Origin: Candidatus Fermentibacterota bacterium
GTDB lineage: Bacteria > Fermentibacterota > Fermentibacteria > Fermentibacterales > JCC-6
DNA length: 64,000 nucleotides
Reading direction: 5' to 3'
Assembly: GCA_963845085.1 (NCBI GenBank)
Contig: CAWJQI010000004.1
Coordinates: 32,001 to 96,000, forward strand
This document shows positions 1 through 8,568 of this stretch, in pieces (positions within the stretch are counted from its first letter, which is position 1; the number at the start of each line of letters is the position of its first letter). The notes under the pieces are model-generated. The model searched no databases, was not told where the DNA came from, and worked only from the letters and a program-made list of their open reading frames with translations. The position numbers and the translations under genes are program-made.

Positions 1-1787
1 TAGGTGCGCCTTGTTCCGAGAATGCCCCTGAAAAGCCAAGTGATCGGGTCGGTGAAGGACGAGGCCGTGTACTGCATGGAGGGCGCAGGGGAACCGTAAC
101 CGCAGCCCCATGTCGGTGCGGTGGAAACCTTCCGCTTTGAGAGAAGCCAGGACCTTGCCAGCAGGAGCAGAAGCACGGCGACGATGATCAGCACCGACCC
201 GAACGAGACGAATCCGAGCGTTTTTGCAGCAAGCCCCGCCGGAACGGCGAGCGATGGCCTGTAACCGAAACCGGATGCCGTGAACCCGACAACCGGTGAG
301 ATGAGCCTGACCATGAACGAGCCGCCGAGGCCGAGTGCCAGGCACAGGACCGACAGGGCCACCATCGAAAACCTCATCGAAAAAACTGTCTCATGCGCGT
401 TCCTTGCCGAATCGGTTCTCGGTTCGCCAAGGAAAGCCATGCCGAATGCCTTTGCAAAACAGGCCAGGGCAAGCCCGCCCAGGAGCGCAAGGCCACCTGC
501 TGCAACGATCCCGGAAAGAGCGGCCGGGGAGCCAGCCCCCGCAGACAACCCGGAAAACGCGGCCATGTAGGCGACCAGTTCGCCGACGAACCCGTTGAGC
601 GGGGGAAGCCCGCAAATGGCGGCGCTGCCGAGAAGAAAGACGGCCCCCGTGACCGGCATCCGCTTCATGAGCCCGCCGAGCCTGTCGAGCTGTCTCGTGC
701 CCGTTTCCTTCTGCATGGAGCCCGTGGCGAGGAAAAGAAGGCTCTTGAACACGGAGTGGTTGACCACATGCAGAAAGGCCCCGGCAAATCCGAGGAAGGC
801 CATCGCAGGGATGTCGAGACATACCCCCAGCAGCCCGGTTCCCAGCCCCATGCCAATGATGCCGATGTTCTCAACGCTGCTGTACGCAAGGAGACGCTTG
901 AGATCGTGCTGGGCGAGCGCGTAGAGAACGCCGGTCACGCCCGACACGAGGCCCGCGAGAAGAAGCACCCACCCCCACCAGGCATGCGGCTCCCCAAGAA
1001 ACAGCATGAACCGCAGAAGCCCGTAAACACCGGTCTTGATCATCACGCCGCTCATTACGGCGGACACGTTCGAGGGAGCCGAAGGGTGCGCCTCGGGAAG
1101 CCATACGTGGAAGGGCACCAAGCCAGCCTTGGCCCCGAAGCCGACAAGCGCGAGGATGAACGCGGCACCTGCCAGGGAGGGATCGGGCAGCGCCAGGGAG
1201 GCAAAGTCCATCGAACCCCGGGAGCCAAGCAGCGAAAAGAGGAACAGGATGCATGCCGTGCCGATGTGAGTGGCGACCAGGTAGATCCAGGCGGCCCTCC
1301 GGACCGGCTCCTTCCCCGACTCGAAAAGCACGAGGAAGAAAGATGCAAGTGCCATGATCTCCCAGCCAAGGAGGAAGAGCAGGGCGTTCCGGGCAACTGT
1401 CACAAGGAGCATTCCGCCGGTGAGGAGGTTGTAGAACGCCCAGAAGCGTGCGATATCGCTGCCGCGGGCAGCGTAGGGTTTCACGTAGCCGTAGCCGTGC
1501 ACGGCGCACAGGGCGGAGATCACCAGGATGGGAAGCGTAAAAAGGGCCGTGAGCGGGTCCACCCCGACGGCCAGCGAACCGGAGGGGATGCCCCACGGTA
1601 TTCCGGCTGTGGTGAACTGACCGCTGCCAAGCCCCGCAACGACGGCGGCAACGCCCGCCACCCCTCCCGCGATGTTGATCGCCGGCCCCGACAGACGCAC
1701 CGCTGCGCTGTTCCTCCGGAGAAGTAAAAGCAGCATCCCTCCGAAAAGGAATGTGCACAGGGAGAGGAAAACAAGGATTGCTGCCAT
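1..1787 (-). CDS. hyfB: Hydrogenase-4 component B / Ehr-type proton-conducting membrane subunit (NuoL/MrpD-like); partial, runs off left edge
   Basis: Not in the ORF track because it has no stop in the window. Manual translation from ATG 1787 gives MAAILVFLSLCTFLFGG..., FGAKAGLVPFHVWLPEAHPSAPSNVSAVMSGVMIKTG, KRLLAYSSVENIG and TWGCGY...MQYTASSF, all typical of HyfB-type subunits. Confidence 0.85.
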   Translation of the reverse strand, partial: MAAILVFLSLCTFLFGGMLLLLLRRNSAAVRLSGPAINIAGGVAGVAAVVAGLGSGQFTTAGIPWGIPSGSLAVGVDPLTALFTLPILVISALCAVHGYGYVKPYAARGSDIARFWAFYNLLTGGMLLVTVARNALLFLLGWEIMALASFFLVLFESGKEPVRRAAWIYLVATHIGTACILFLFSLLGSRGSMDFASLALPDPSLAGAAFILALVGFGAKAGLVPFHVWLPEAHPSAPSNVSAVMSGVMIKTGVYGLLRFMLFLGEPHAWWGWVLLLAGLVSGVTGVLYALAQHDLKRLLAYSSVENIGIIGMGLGTGLLGVCLDIPAMAFLGFAGAFLHVVNHSVFKSLLFLATGSMQKETGTRQLDRLGGLMKRMPVTGAVFLLGSAAICGLPPLNGFVGELVAYMAAFSGLSAGAGSPAALSGIVAAGGLALLGGLALACFAKAFGMAFLGEPRTDSARNAHETVFSMRFSMVALSVLCLALGLGGSFMVRLISPVVGFTASGFGYRPSLAVPAGLAAKTLGFVSFGSVLIIVAVLLLLLARSWLLSKRKVSTAPTWGCGYGSPAPSMQYTASSFTDPITWLFRGILGTRRT

Positions 1788-1797
1788 GAACCGCGGC

Positions 1798-2499
1798 CTA
1801 GGGTCTGCCCGACCCGCGGGAAAGCAGGCCGGCATCGACCATGCCTGCGCGGCGGATTATCTCGTCCGAGGGGCTTCGATCACGAACGGCTTCGGCAAAG
1901 GAGGGCTGCCTGAGTGCGAATGCAAGCCGGGAAAGCAGATTGAGGTGCATTCCGATCGTGGGGCTTATCATCATGAAAAGGGTGTGAACAGGAAGGCCGT
2001 CGACCGCTCCGAACTCGACCGCGTTCTCAAGGAAGCACAGGGTGATCATTGGTTCCGGAATGTCGAGGACAATGGGGTTCCTTACGTGCGGAATCGCGAT
2101 GCCGTCGCCAATGCCTGTCGAGCCCTGCGCTTCGCGCGCCTTCAGGATCTGGAGAAGGAAACGCCTGTCCACGCTGTCGGGGATCGGCATGAGGGCCAGT
2201 GCGTTCTCGAGCACCGAGTCGCGGTCGGTACCGCTGACACCGTGCCGGATCCCTCCCGCCAGAAGGGCGCTCTCAATGCCTGTCGCCGGCGCTCCGGGGG
2301 CCGATGAGGCACTGTTCTCGAACATGTCTGAGGATACCGGTATCTGCCTTTTCGTGGCCCATTCGAGAAGCTCGGTCCTGTTGAAACGGAACTGCCCGCC
2401 CACCTTTATTGCAGGCAGGGCGTCATCCCTGATCCATTTTTCGAGCGTTTTCTCGGAAACTCCGAGAAGCCCGGCAGCTTCCCTCAAACCGAAATGCAT
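1798..2499 (-). CDS. Excisionase-like HTH domain fused to PTS IIA (Ntr/fructose-type) domain
   Basis: N-terminal EAAGLLGVSEKTLEKW...PAIKVGGQFRF (HTH_17-like). C-terminal REAQGSTGIGDGIAIPH carries the phosphorylatable His. Start taken at ATG 2499. Confidence 0.85.
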   Translation of the reverse strand: MHFGLREAAGLLGVSEKTLEKWIRDDALPAIKVGGQFRFNRTELLEWATKRQIPVSSDMFENSASSAPGAPATGIESALLAGGIRHGVSGTDRDSVLENALALMPIPDSVDRRFLLQILKAREAQGSTGIGDGIAIPHVRNPIVLDIPEPMITLCFLENAVEFGAVDGLPVHTLFMMISPTIGMHLNLLSRLAFALRQPSFAEAVRDRSPSDEIIRRAGMVDAGLLSRGSGRP

Positions 2500-2572
2500 T
2501 GATAACCAGCCCTCTGTTTGAAAAGTTCCGGAAATATACACACTCGGAACGAGGACTGCCCGAAACCGGGGT

Positions 2573-3470
2573 TCATCCCCCGATCTTGACCGGTTCGATG
2601 TGGATGGAGACGAACGATGATTTTCCGAACCTGCCGCGAATGCGGTCTTCTATCGCGACCGTGATGTCGTGGGCTTCATTCACGCTCATCCCGCCGTCCA
2701 CCCGGACGTGGAGGTCAACCGCTATGTCCTTGCCTATGCTCCGGGTGCGCAGATTGTGGGGATCGGCGACCCCCTGAACGTCAAGCGCGAGCCTCAGGAT
2801 CTCTGCCTCGATCCCCTCGTCGAGCGATGACTCGACGAGTTCCCTCACGCAGCCGGAAAGGATCTCAATCGACACCTTCAGGATGAAGAGGCTCACGATC
2901 ACCGCGGCAACGGGATCGAGCACGCGCCACTTTTCACCGAGCACAATGGCGCCGCCGATTCCGAACATTGTGCCCACCGATGACATGGCATCGGAGCGGT
3001 GGTGCCAAGCGTTGGCGATCACCGAGGTGCTGTTGATCCGTTCTGCCGGCGGCGACGGTGTAGCGGTAGAGGATCTCCTTGACGACGATGGACAAAACGG
3101 CGGCAACGAATGCGATGCCCCCGGGAGCCGACAGCACCTTCCCGCGAATGCACGCGAGGATGCCTGACCCGCCTGCCCAGAAGAGCCCCCCGCCCACGAG
3201 AAGAAGCGCGAAGCCTATGAAGGCCGTGGCGAGCGTTTCAAGCTTGCCGTGGCCGTAGTCGTGGCTCTTGTCTACGGGCTTTCCCGAGAACCTGAAACCC
3301 GCAAGGACGACGATGTCGGTGATGAAGTCGGAGATGGAGTGCACTGCGTCGGCGATCATGGCGCCGCTGTGGCCGATGATCCCCGCGGCGAGTTTGAATG
3401 CCGTGAGGGCAAGGTTCCACACCAGCCCTATCCACGTGACGCGCCTCGCCAACATTGTTCTCTCGTCCAT
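2573..3470 (-). pseudogene. Cation diffusion facilitator (FieF-like) transporter, split by a +1 frameshift near 3041 (pseudogene or sequencing error)
   Basis: ORF 2934..3470 has ADAVHSISD and HDYGHGKLE. ORF 2573..3106 continues with ANAWHHRSD, LDPVAA and the VDLH..V C-terminal domain. Removing one base at ...GGC AGA A CGG ATC AAC joins them. Confidence 0.85.
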
Positions 3471-3603
3471 GCTCCGCCTTGGTCAGTGCCGAACCGGCAA
3501 AGGGGCCGGCAACGCCAGTGATGATCGGGGGTTCAAGCATAGTCGAGAGACGGCGGGCTGTCGACTCGCATGGAACGAGGGACGCACCCGCCCAACCCGG
3601 ACA

Positions 3604-4401
3604 CTAGACGGCGGGCTTCACCGCCTCAATGGATGCCGGTGCGACATGTTTCGAGACGGTAATTCCCGTCGCCCAGCTGTCGACAACGGGCGCCATCTCC
3701 GTGCGCACCGTTATGCGTATCCCCGTGAATCCGCATTCGCGAAGCATGGCCTCGATCTCTCCGACCGGGGAGGCTCCAGAGATGCAGCCCGTGTAGAGGG
3801 ACAGGTCGTTCCTGACATCTTCGGACAGCGGTCCGAGCGCAACCACGTCGGAGATCGCAAGCCGGCCACCCGGCTTCAGGACCCGGAACGCCTCGGCGAA
3901 CACACGTGGCTTGTCCGGCGAGAGGTTGATCACGCAGTTGGAGATGATGACGTCGGCCGTGTTGTCCGCCGATGGGATGTTCTCGATTTCCCCCAGCCGG
4001 AAGTCTACGTTCCCGTACCCGCCTTCCGCGGCGTTCTTCCGGGCCGTCTCAACCATCTCGGGGGTCATGTCCACACCGATTACCATTCCGCGCTCCCCCA
4101 CCTTTGCTGCCGCCAGGAAGCAGTCGAAACCGCCGCCGCAGCCCAGGTCGAGCACGACCTCTCCGTCCCTCAGCGCGGCTATGGCCTGGGGATTGCCGCA
4201 TCCGAGCCCCATGTTGGATCCTTCCGGGGCCGAGTCGAGTTCGCCGCCCGTATATCCCAGCTGCAGGGAGGACCCGCGGGCATCCTTTTGCTTTGTTCCG
4301 CAGCAGTCAGGGCCGCAGCCGCATGATCCGCTGCTTTTTGCGATGTTTCCGTACCTGCGTCTCACTTCGCTGCGCAGCTTGTTCCTGTGTTCGTTGTTCA
4401 C
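3604..4401 (-). CDS. arsM: Arsenite S-adenosylmethionine methyltransferase
   Basis: GLGCGNP, VLDLGCGGGFDCF, IISNCVINLSPDK and GCISGA motifs. GTG 4401 is preceded by an AGGAGG RBS. Confidence 0.9.
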   Translation of the reverse strand: MNNEHRNKLRSEVRRRYGNIAKSSGSCGCGPDCCGTKQKDARGSSLQLGYTGGELDSAPEGSNMGLGCGNPQAIAALRDGEVVLDLGCGGGFDCFLAAAKVGERGMVIGVDMTPEMVETARKNAAEGGYGNVDFRLGEIENIPSADNTADVIISNCVINLSPDKPRVFAEAFRVLKPGGRLAISDVVALGPLSEDVRNDLSLYTGCISGASPVGEIEAMLRECGFTGIRITVRTEMAPVVDSWATGITVSKHVAPASIEAVKPAV

Positions 4402-4473
4402 CGGTGCCTCCTGTTGTTTTGCAGAAACCCTATTCCGGTAAGACGGCGACCCGGGCAAAAAGACGCAGACATG

Positions 4474-5019
4474 TCAGGCTCCGCAGCACGGTCCCGTCCT
4501 GGGTTCGAAACCGGTGATCGAGCCGCAGCATGTCTCAACACGGCAGCACTCAAGGATCAACGCGCGCAGCATTTCCCTGCCCCTCTGCACGCGCGATTTA
4601 GCCCCGGAAAGGGAAATGCCTGCAATACGGGCAACCTCCCTGTGGGGAAGACCCCTTATCTCGGAAAGCATGAGTGCCGACCTGTATTTCTCCGGCAGGG
4701 ATTCCAGCAGAGGCATGATGCAGTCGGAGAGCTCCCCGGCATGGTCGCGCTGCGGCACCGGAGCTGGAAATTCGTCCGGCAGCTCTTCATGCCTGCGACG
4801 GCGGTGATGGTCGGCCACGGCGTTTGCCGTAATGCGGAAAAGCCATGCGGTGATGCTTCCCGGCGAGCGAAGCCCCTCAAGCGCTGTGAACGCCTTCAGA
4901 TAAACATCGTGAAGGATGTCATCGCAGGCGTCGCTGTCATCGATGCGCTTCCCGATGTATGCCCGGAGCCGGCTTCTGTGCTCTCCCCAGACCTCGTCAA
5001 GGCATGACGTGCCGCTCAC
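4474..5019 (-). CDS. sigZ: ECF sigma factor, SigZ-like, with Cys-rich C-terminal tail
   Basis: Region 2 (DDILHDVYLK...AWLFRITAN) and region 4 (LPEKYR...SLSGAKSRVQRGR); tail ECCRVETCC...PCCGA. Confidence 0.8.
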   Translation of the reverse strand: MSGTSCLDEVWGEHRSRLRAYIGKRIDDSDACDDILHDVYLKAFTALEGLRSPGSITAWLFRITANAVADHHRRRRHEELPDEFPAPVPQRDHAGELSDCIMPLLESLPEKYRSALMLSEIRGLPHREVARIAGISLSGAKSRVQRGREMLRALILECCRVETCCGSITGFEPRTGPCCGA

Positions 5020-5044
5020 AGCTTTTCCGTTCGTTCGATCCGGG

Positions 5045-6283
5045 TCAGATCGACGGATCGGCGACCCTTCCCATGAAGAGCACCGCGCCGGACATGTCGT
5101 CGACGATGAGGAAGACGAACGGCCTGTTCAGAAGGAAAAGCTCGGGGGGATCAGCCGGCATGGCGGTCATGGCCATCACCACACCCGTGGCGGCGGCGGC
5201 CTCGGTGCCCGTCTCGTCCACCCTGACGTAGGCCTTGTGAACCACCGCGCTGATGAAGAGGTCACGGTCGCCCGTGAACCCGCTGAAATCGGCCCGGGAG
5301 GCGTCGAAGGCGTCATCCATCCCCATTGCCGACAGCACGGGTGTCAGGGAGTAGTCAGTGTCGAACTCGAACGGAGGCATGACGAGAGTTATGTCACGGG
5401 GCTGGAAGCCATCGATGACCGCTTCAAGGGTTGTGCGGTCAAGGCTCTGCTCGAATTCTTCAAGATCGCCGTCGGGCAGCAGCAGTATCAAACGGAAACT
5501 GCCGTCGGAATATGGCAGGGCTGCCGCCCTGAAACCGTCACCGCGATGGAACGGGATGCTCTGTGTCTGGCTCATGAACGGAACTTCGACTTCTTCGCCG
5601 GAAAGTGTTGTGAAAGTTCCATCACGGGTGAGGTCGGGGTTGAACTGCACCCGCCAGTTCCCCTTGAAATAGACAGCGCTGGTGAGCACGACCCTGGTGG
5701 CGGTGGTCACCGAGCCGGGTCCCAGAAGGTCAAGGATCCTGTTCTCGGTCCTCTCCCCGACCCAGTCGTTTATGGAGAGTCGCTGCGTTTCGGGATCCCC
5801 CTCGAAATCAACGTTCCTCGCCTCGGCACGGTAGTACTCACTCACAAGGTCCGTATAGTCGTCGAGGAGCGGATGCGAGCCGTCAACCCAGAGGGCGTTG
5901 GCCATGTTGAGCACCACGGGATCATCCACCGGCTCGCACAGCTCTCGCCCCACAAGGCTGAAAAGGCGGCGGAACCCGTTGTGCACGGCCTGCTGATCTG
6001 CATCGAAGCCAAGAACGGCCGCCATCGCGGCTTCGGTCTCTCCTCTTGCGCCCGCCCAGGCCATTCCGAGGGCGGAGGAGATGCAGAACGGTGAGAACAT
6101 GATGTTGTCATCCCCGCTCTCACTGCAGAGCTCTCCGTAAAGGGCGAATGCGAAATCCGTATTGCCGTCGCCGAGGTTGTGAAAACCCGTATCGGGAGTG
6201 GAAAGCTCGGTCGGCGTTGAAGCCCCGCAGGAACTGGTCACAAAAAGGGCAACGAGCATGGCTGCGCAATAAAGCTTTCTCAT
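5045..6283 (-). CDS. Serpin family protease inhibitor, probable lipoprotein
   Basis: NIMFSPFCIS, VYFKGNW, hinge VDETGTEAAAAT and NRPFVFLI motifs; N-terminal lipobox-like VTSSC. Confidence 0.9.
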   Translation of the reverse strand: MRKLYCAAMLVALFVTSSCGASTPTELSTPDTGFHNLGDGNTDFAFALYGELCSESGDDNIMFSPFCISSALGMAWAGARGETEAAMAAVLGFDADQQAVHNGFRRLFSLVGRELCEPVDDPVVLNMANALWVDGSHPLLDDYTDLVSEYYRAEARNVDFEGDPETQRLSINDWVGERTENRILDLLGPGSVTTATRVVLTSAVYFKGNWRVQFNPDLTRDGTFTTLSGEEVEVPFMSQTQSIPFHRGDGFRAAALPYSDGSFRLILLLPDGDLEEFEQSLDRTTLEAVIDGFQPRDITLVMPPFEFDTDYSLTPVLSAMGMDDAFDASRADFSGFTGDRDLFISAVVHKAYVRVDETGTEAAAATGVVMAMTAMPADPPELFLLNRPFVFLIVDDMSGAVLFMGRVADPSI

Positions 6284-6460
6284 GAACATCCTTTCGCAGG
6301 GGTCGCAGGGCGGTCCCCATTCCGTTTGCCTGAAGCTAATACAACCCGCGAACGGATGCATTCCCCCGCCCCAGGATGGCTTTTCCGGAAGTGCCGCGGG
6401 GCTTATAGTCCGGGACTGATGGCTGTGAACAAAATGTCCATTCCATGACAGGGGGCGTGC

Positions 6461-8518
6461 GTGCTGTCGAACTTCAAACCGATCGTTTCAGTTGTTCTTC
6501 TTTCCGCAGGCGCCGCGGCTGCCGGAACAATGACCCATGTGTACAGCCCCGCGGACTGCGATCACGGCGTCAGCGAATTCGACGGCGGCCACATCCCCTG
6601 GTGCCGCTCGGGTGTGGTGGGCTTCGAGGAGGGGCTTCCGAACCTTCCCGTTGTTTCACTCTGCTATGTGATCCCGCAGGGAGCATCGGTCACGGGCGCT
6701 TCGATCGAGATCCGCTCCGAAACGCTCCTGGAAGGGTTCCACGATGTTCTGCCGGTCAGGTTCACAACCTTTTCAGAGGCGCCGGCGCCCTATTTCAGGA
6801 ATCCATCGGTCTACCTGGCGGACGATCCCTTCCCCTCTAACCCGGTGATCGAAACTTCCACCGGGAGCCGGACGGGGTTTGCGCTGGGCGGCGTGTCCTT
6901 CTGCCCGTACCGATGGCACCCGCTCTCCGGGCGTCTCTACAGGATCGACGATGCGGTGGTCTCGATTCAGTACGACGAAGACCCTGATGCGGAAAGGCTC
7001 ACGCTGACAAGCGGGCAGATCACGCACGCCTCACGGCTGCTCTCCCTTATCGTCCAGAACCCCGGGGAGCTATCCGCCTTCGCACCACGGGTCAGGAACG
7101 GCAACGATCCATGGCCGGTCTGGGTGGCGGTTGGACCCGCTGCCATCGAGCCGGTACTCGCACCCCTGGTGGACTTTCGGAACTCCGCGGGCATGGCCTC
7201 GGAATACGTCAGTCTGGAGTGGATCTACGACAACTACACGGGCTGGGACACTCAGGAGCAGATTCGCAACTACCTGAAGGATTCGTTCCTCAACCGCGGG
7301 CTTGTCTATGCCCTGCTCGTGGGGGACTGGGGACCCACGCAGAGGATATCGAGCCTCATGGTCGGAAGCGACAGCCTCGTGTTGAACGAAACGACCGACC
7401 TCTATTTCTCCGACCTCACCAGGATGTGGGACGGCGATGGCGACCACCTTTACGGAGAAAACAACGACTGGGTTGATTACTACGCAGACATCACCGTGGG
7501 CCGCTTCAGCTCCGACAACCCGAACCACCTTGAGACCATGGTGAACAAGACCATCGCCTATGAAACCCAGTCCAGCCCCGACCAGTGGCGCACCACCGCC
7601 CTTCTCTGCGGCGCCGGATTGTGGCCGGACGCTGAGCCTGACGGCTACTGGGGAAGTTTCGTCTGCGATTCGATCTCGAACAGGATCCCGGGCGACTGGA
7701 CCCAGCACAAGCTCTACGAAACATGGGACGGCCACCCCACGAACCAGATCGATCTGCTGAACGAGGGCGCGAGCTACGTGAGCGATCAGGGGCACGGAGG
7801 TTCGGGGGGCGTCTACTGGCTCTACGAGCCCGGTAACATGATAACCAACCAGAACTACACCGGACTCGAGAACATCGACAAACTCACCATACTTCATTCG
7901 ATGGCGTGCAACCCCGGCCAGCTCTCGGTGAACGGCTGCAGCGCCGAAAGGCTTCTGATGTGGCCGGACGGTGGCGCTGTGGCGGTGATGTACAACTCCA
8001 ACTACGGATGGGGTACCCCGCCCTCGATGGGACCTTCCGAACACCTCGAGCTCCACTTCGCGGACATGCTGTTCGTCAACGGGGTGGAGCGGATCGGGGA
8101 CATGCAGGCCGCCGCAAAGGACGCCTTCAAGGCGGCGGGCGGCATGGTGCTCCAGAACTGGGTGCTGCAGGAGAACAACATGCTGGGCGACCCCGCGACA
8201 GTGTTCGTGTCACGGCAGACCGGCATCGGGGAGGGCGGCGGCGCGACAGCGCAGGCCGCACTCGGCGTGCCCTGCCCGAACCCCTCGTCCGGAACCTTCA
8301 GCGTAACGTGGAGCATTCCGTCCCCCTCGGGGTTCCGGCTCAGCCTTTTCGACCTCTCGGGGCGAAGGGTATGGGATCAGGACCACCCGCAGGAACAGGA
8401 GACCTCCGGCCGCCTGACGGTTGCCCCGCAGGAGAACCTTCCGTCGGGATGCTACCTTCTGAGGCTCGCGGGAGAGGGGCTGGCCGCCACGACGATGGTC
8501 GTAATACTGGGTGACTGA
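6461..8518 (+). CDS. C25 (gingipain-like) cysteine peptidase with propeptide and T9SS-type CTD
   Basis: Signal peptide; YALLVGD, DLYFSDL, DITVGRF; catalytic-dyad-like QGHGG and MACNPG; NMLGDPA; CTD with PNP...FDLSGR...LPSGCYLLRL. Confidence 0.85.
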   Translation: MLSNFKPIVSVVLLSAGAAAAGTMTHVYSPADCDHGVSEFDGGHIPWCRSGVVGFEEGLPNLPVVSLCYVIPQGASVTGASIEIRSETLLEGFHDVLPVRFTTFSEAPAPYFRNPSVYLADDPFPSNPVIETSTGSRTGFALGGVSFCPYRWHPLSGRLYRIDDAVVSIQYDEDPDAERLTLTSGQITHASRLLSLIVQNPGELSAFAPRVRNGNDPWPVWVAVGPAAIEPVLAPLVDFRNSAGMASEYVSLEWIYDNYTGWDTQEQIRNYLKDSFLNRGLVYALLVGDWGPTQRISSLMVGSDSLVLNETTDLYFSDLTRMWDGDGDHLYGENNDWVDYYADITVGRFSSDNPNHLETMVNKTIAYETQSSPDQWRTTALLCGAGLWPDAEPDGYWGSFVCDSISNRIPGDWTQHKLYETWDGHPTNQIDLLNEGASYVSDQGHGGSGGVYWLYEPGNMITNQNYTGLENIDKLTILHSMACNPGQLSVNGCSAERLLMWPDGGAVAVMYNSNYGWGTPPSMGPSEHLELHFADMLFVNGVERIGDMQAAAKDAFKAAGGMVLQNWVLQENNMLGDPATVFVSRQTGIGEGGGATAQAALGVPCPNPSSGTFSVTWSIPSPSGFRLSLFDLSGRRVWDQDHPQEQETSGRLTVAPQENLPSGCYLLRLAGEGLAATTMVVILGD

Positions 8519-8568
8519 ACGGGACGGGTCGGCCTGGCACTGATGGTGAATCCGGGGATCCCACCCGG

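Noticed and set aside
3471..3603. Metal-sensing riboswitch upstream of the CDF gene
   Set aside because: Only generic GC-rich pairing; no NiCo or yybP-ykoY consensus was recognised.
3604..5019. Additional selenocysteine readthrough in arsM or sigZ
   Set aside because: arsM has all conserved Cys as ordinary codons. The sigZ TGA falls at the expected end of the protein with no convincing downstream coding or hairpin.
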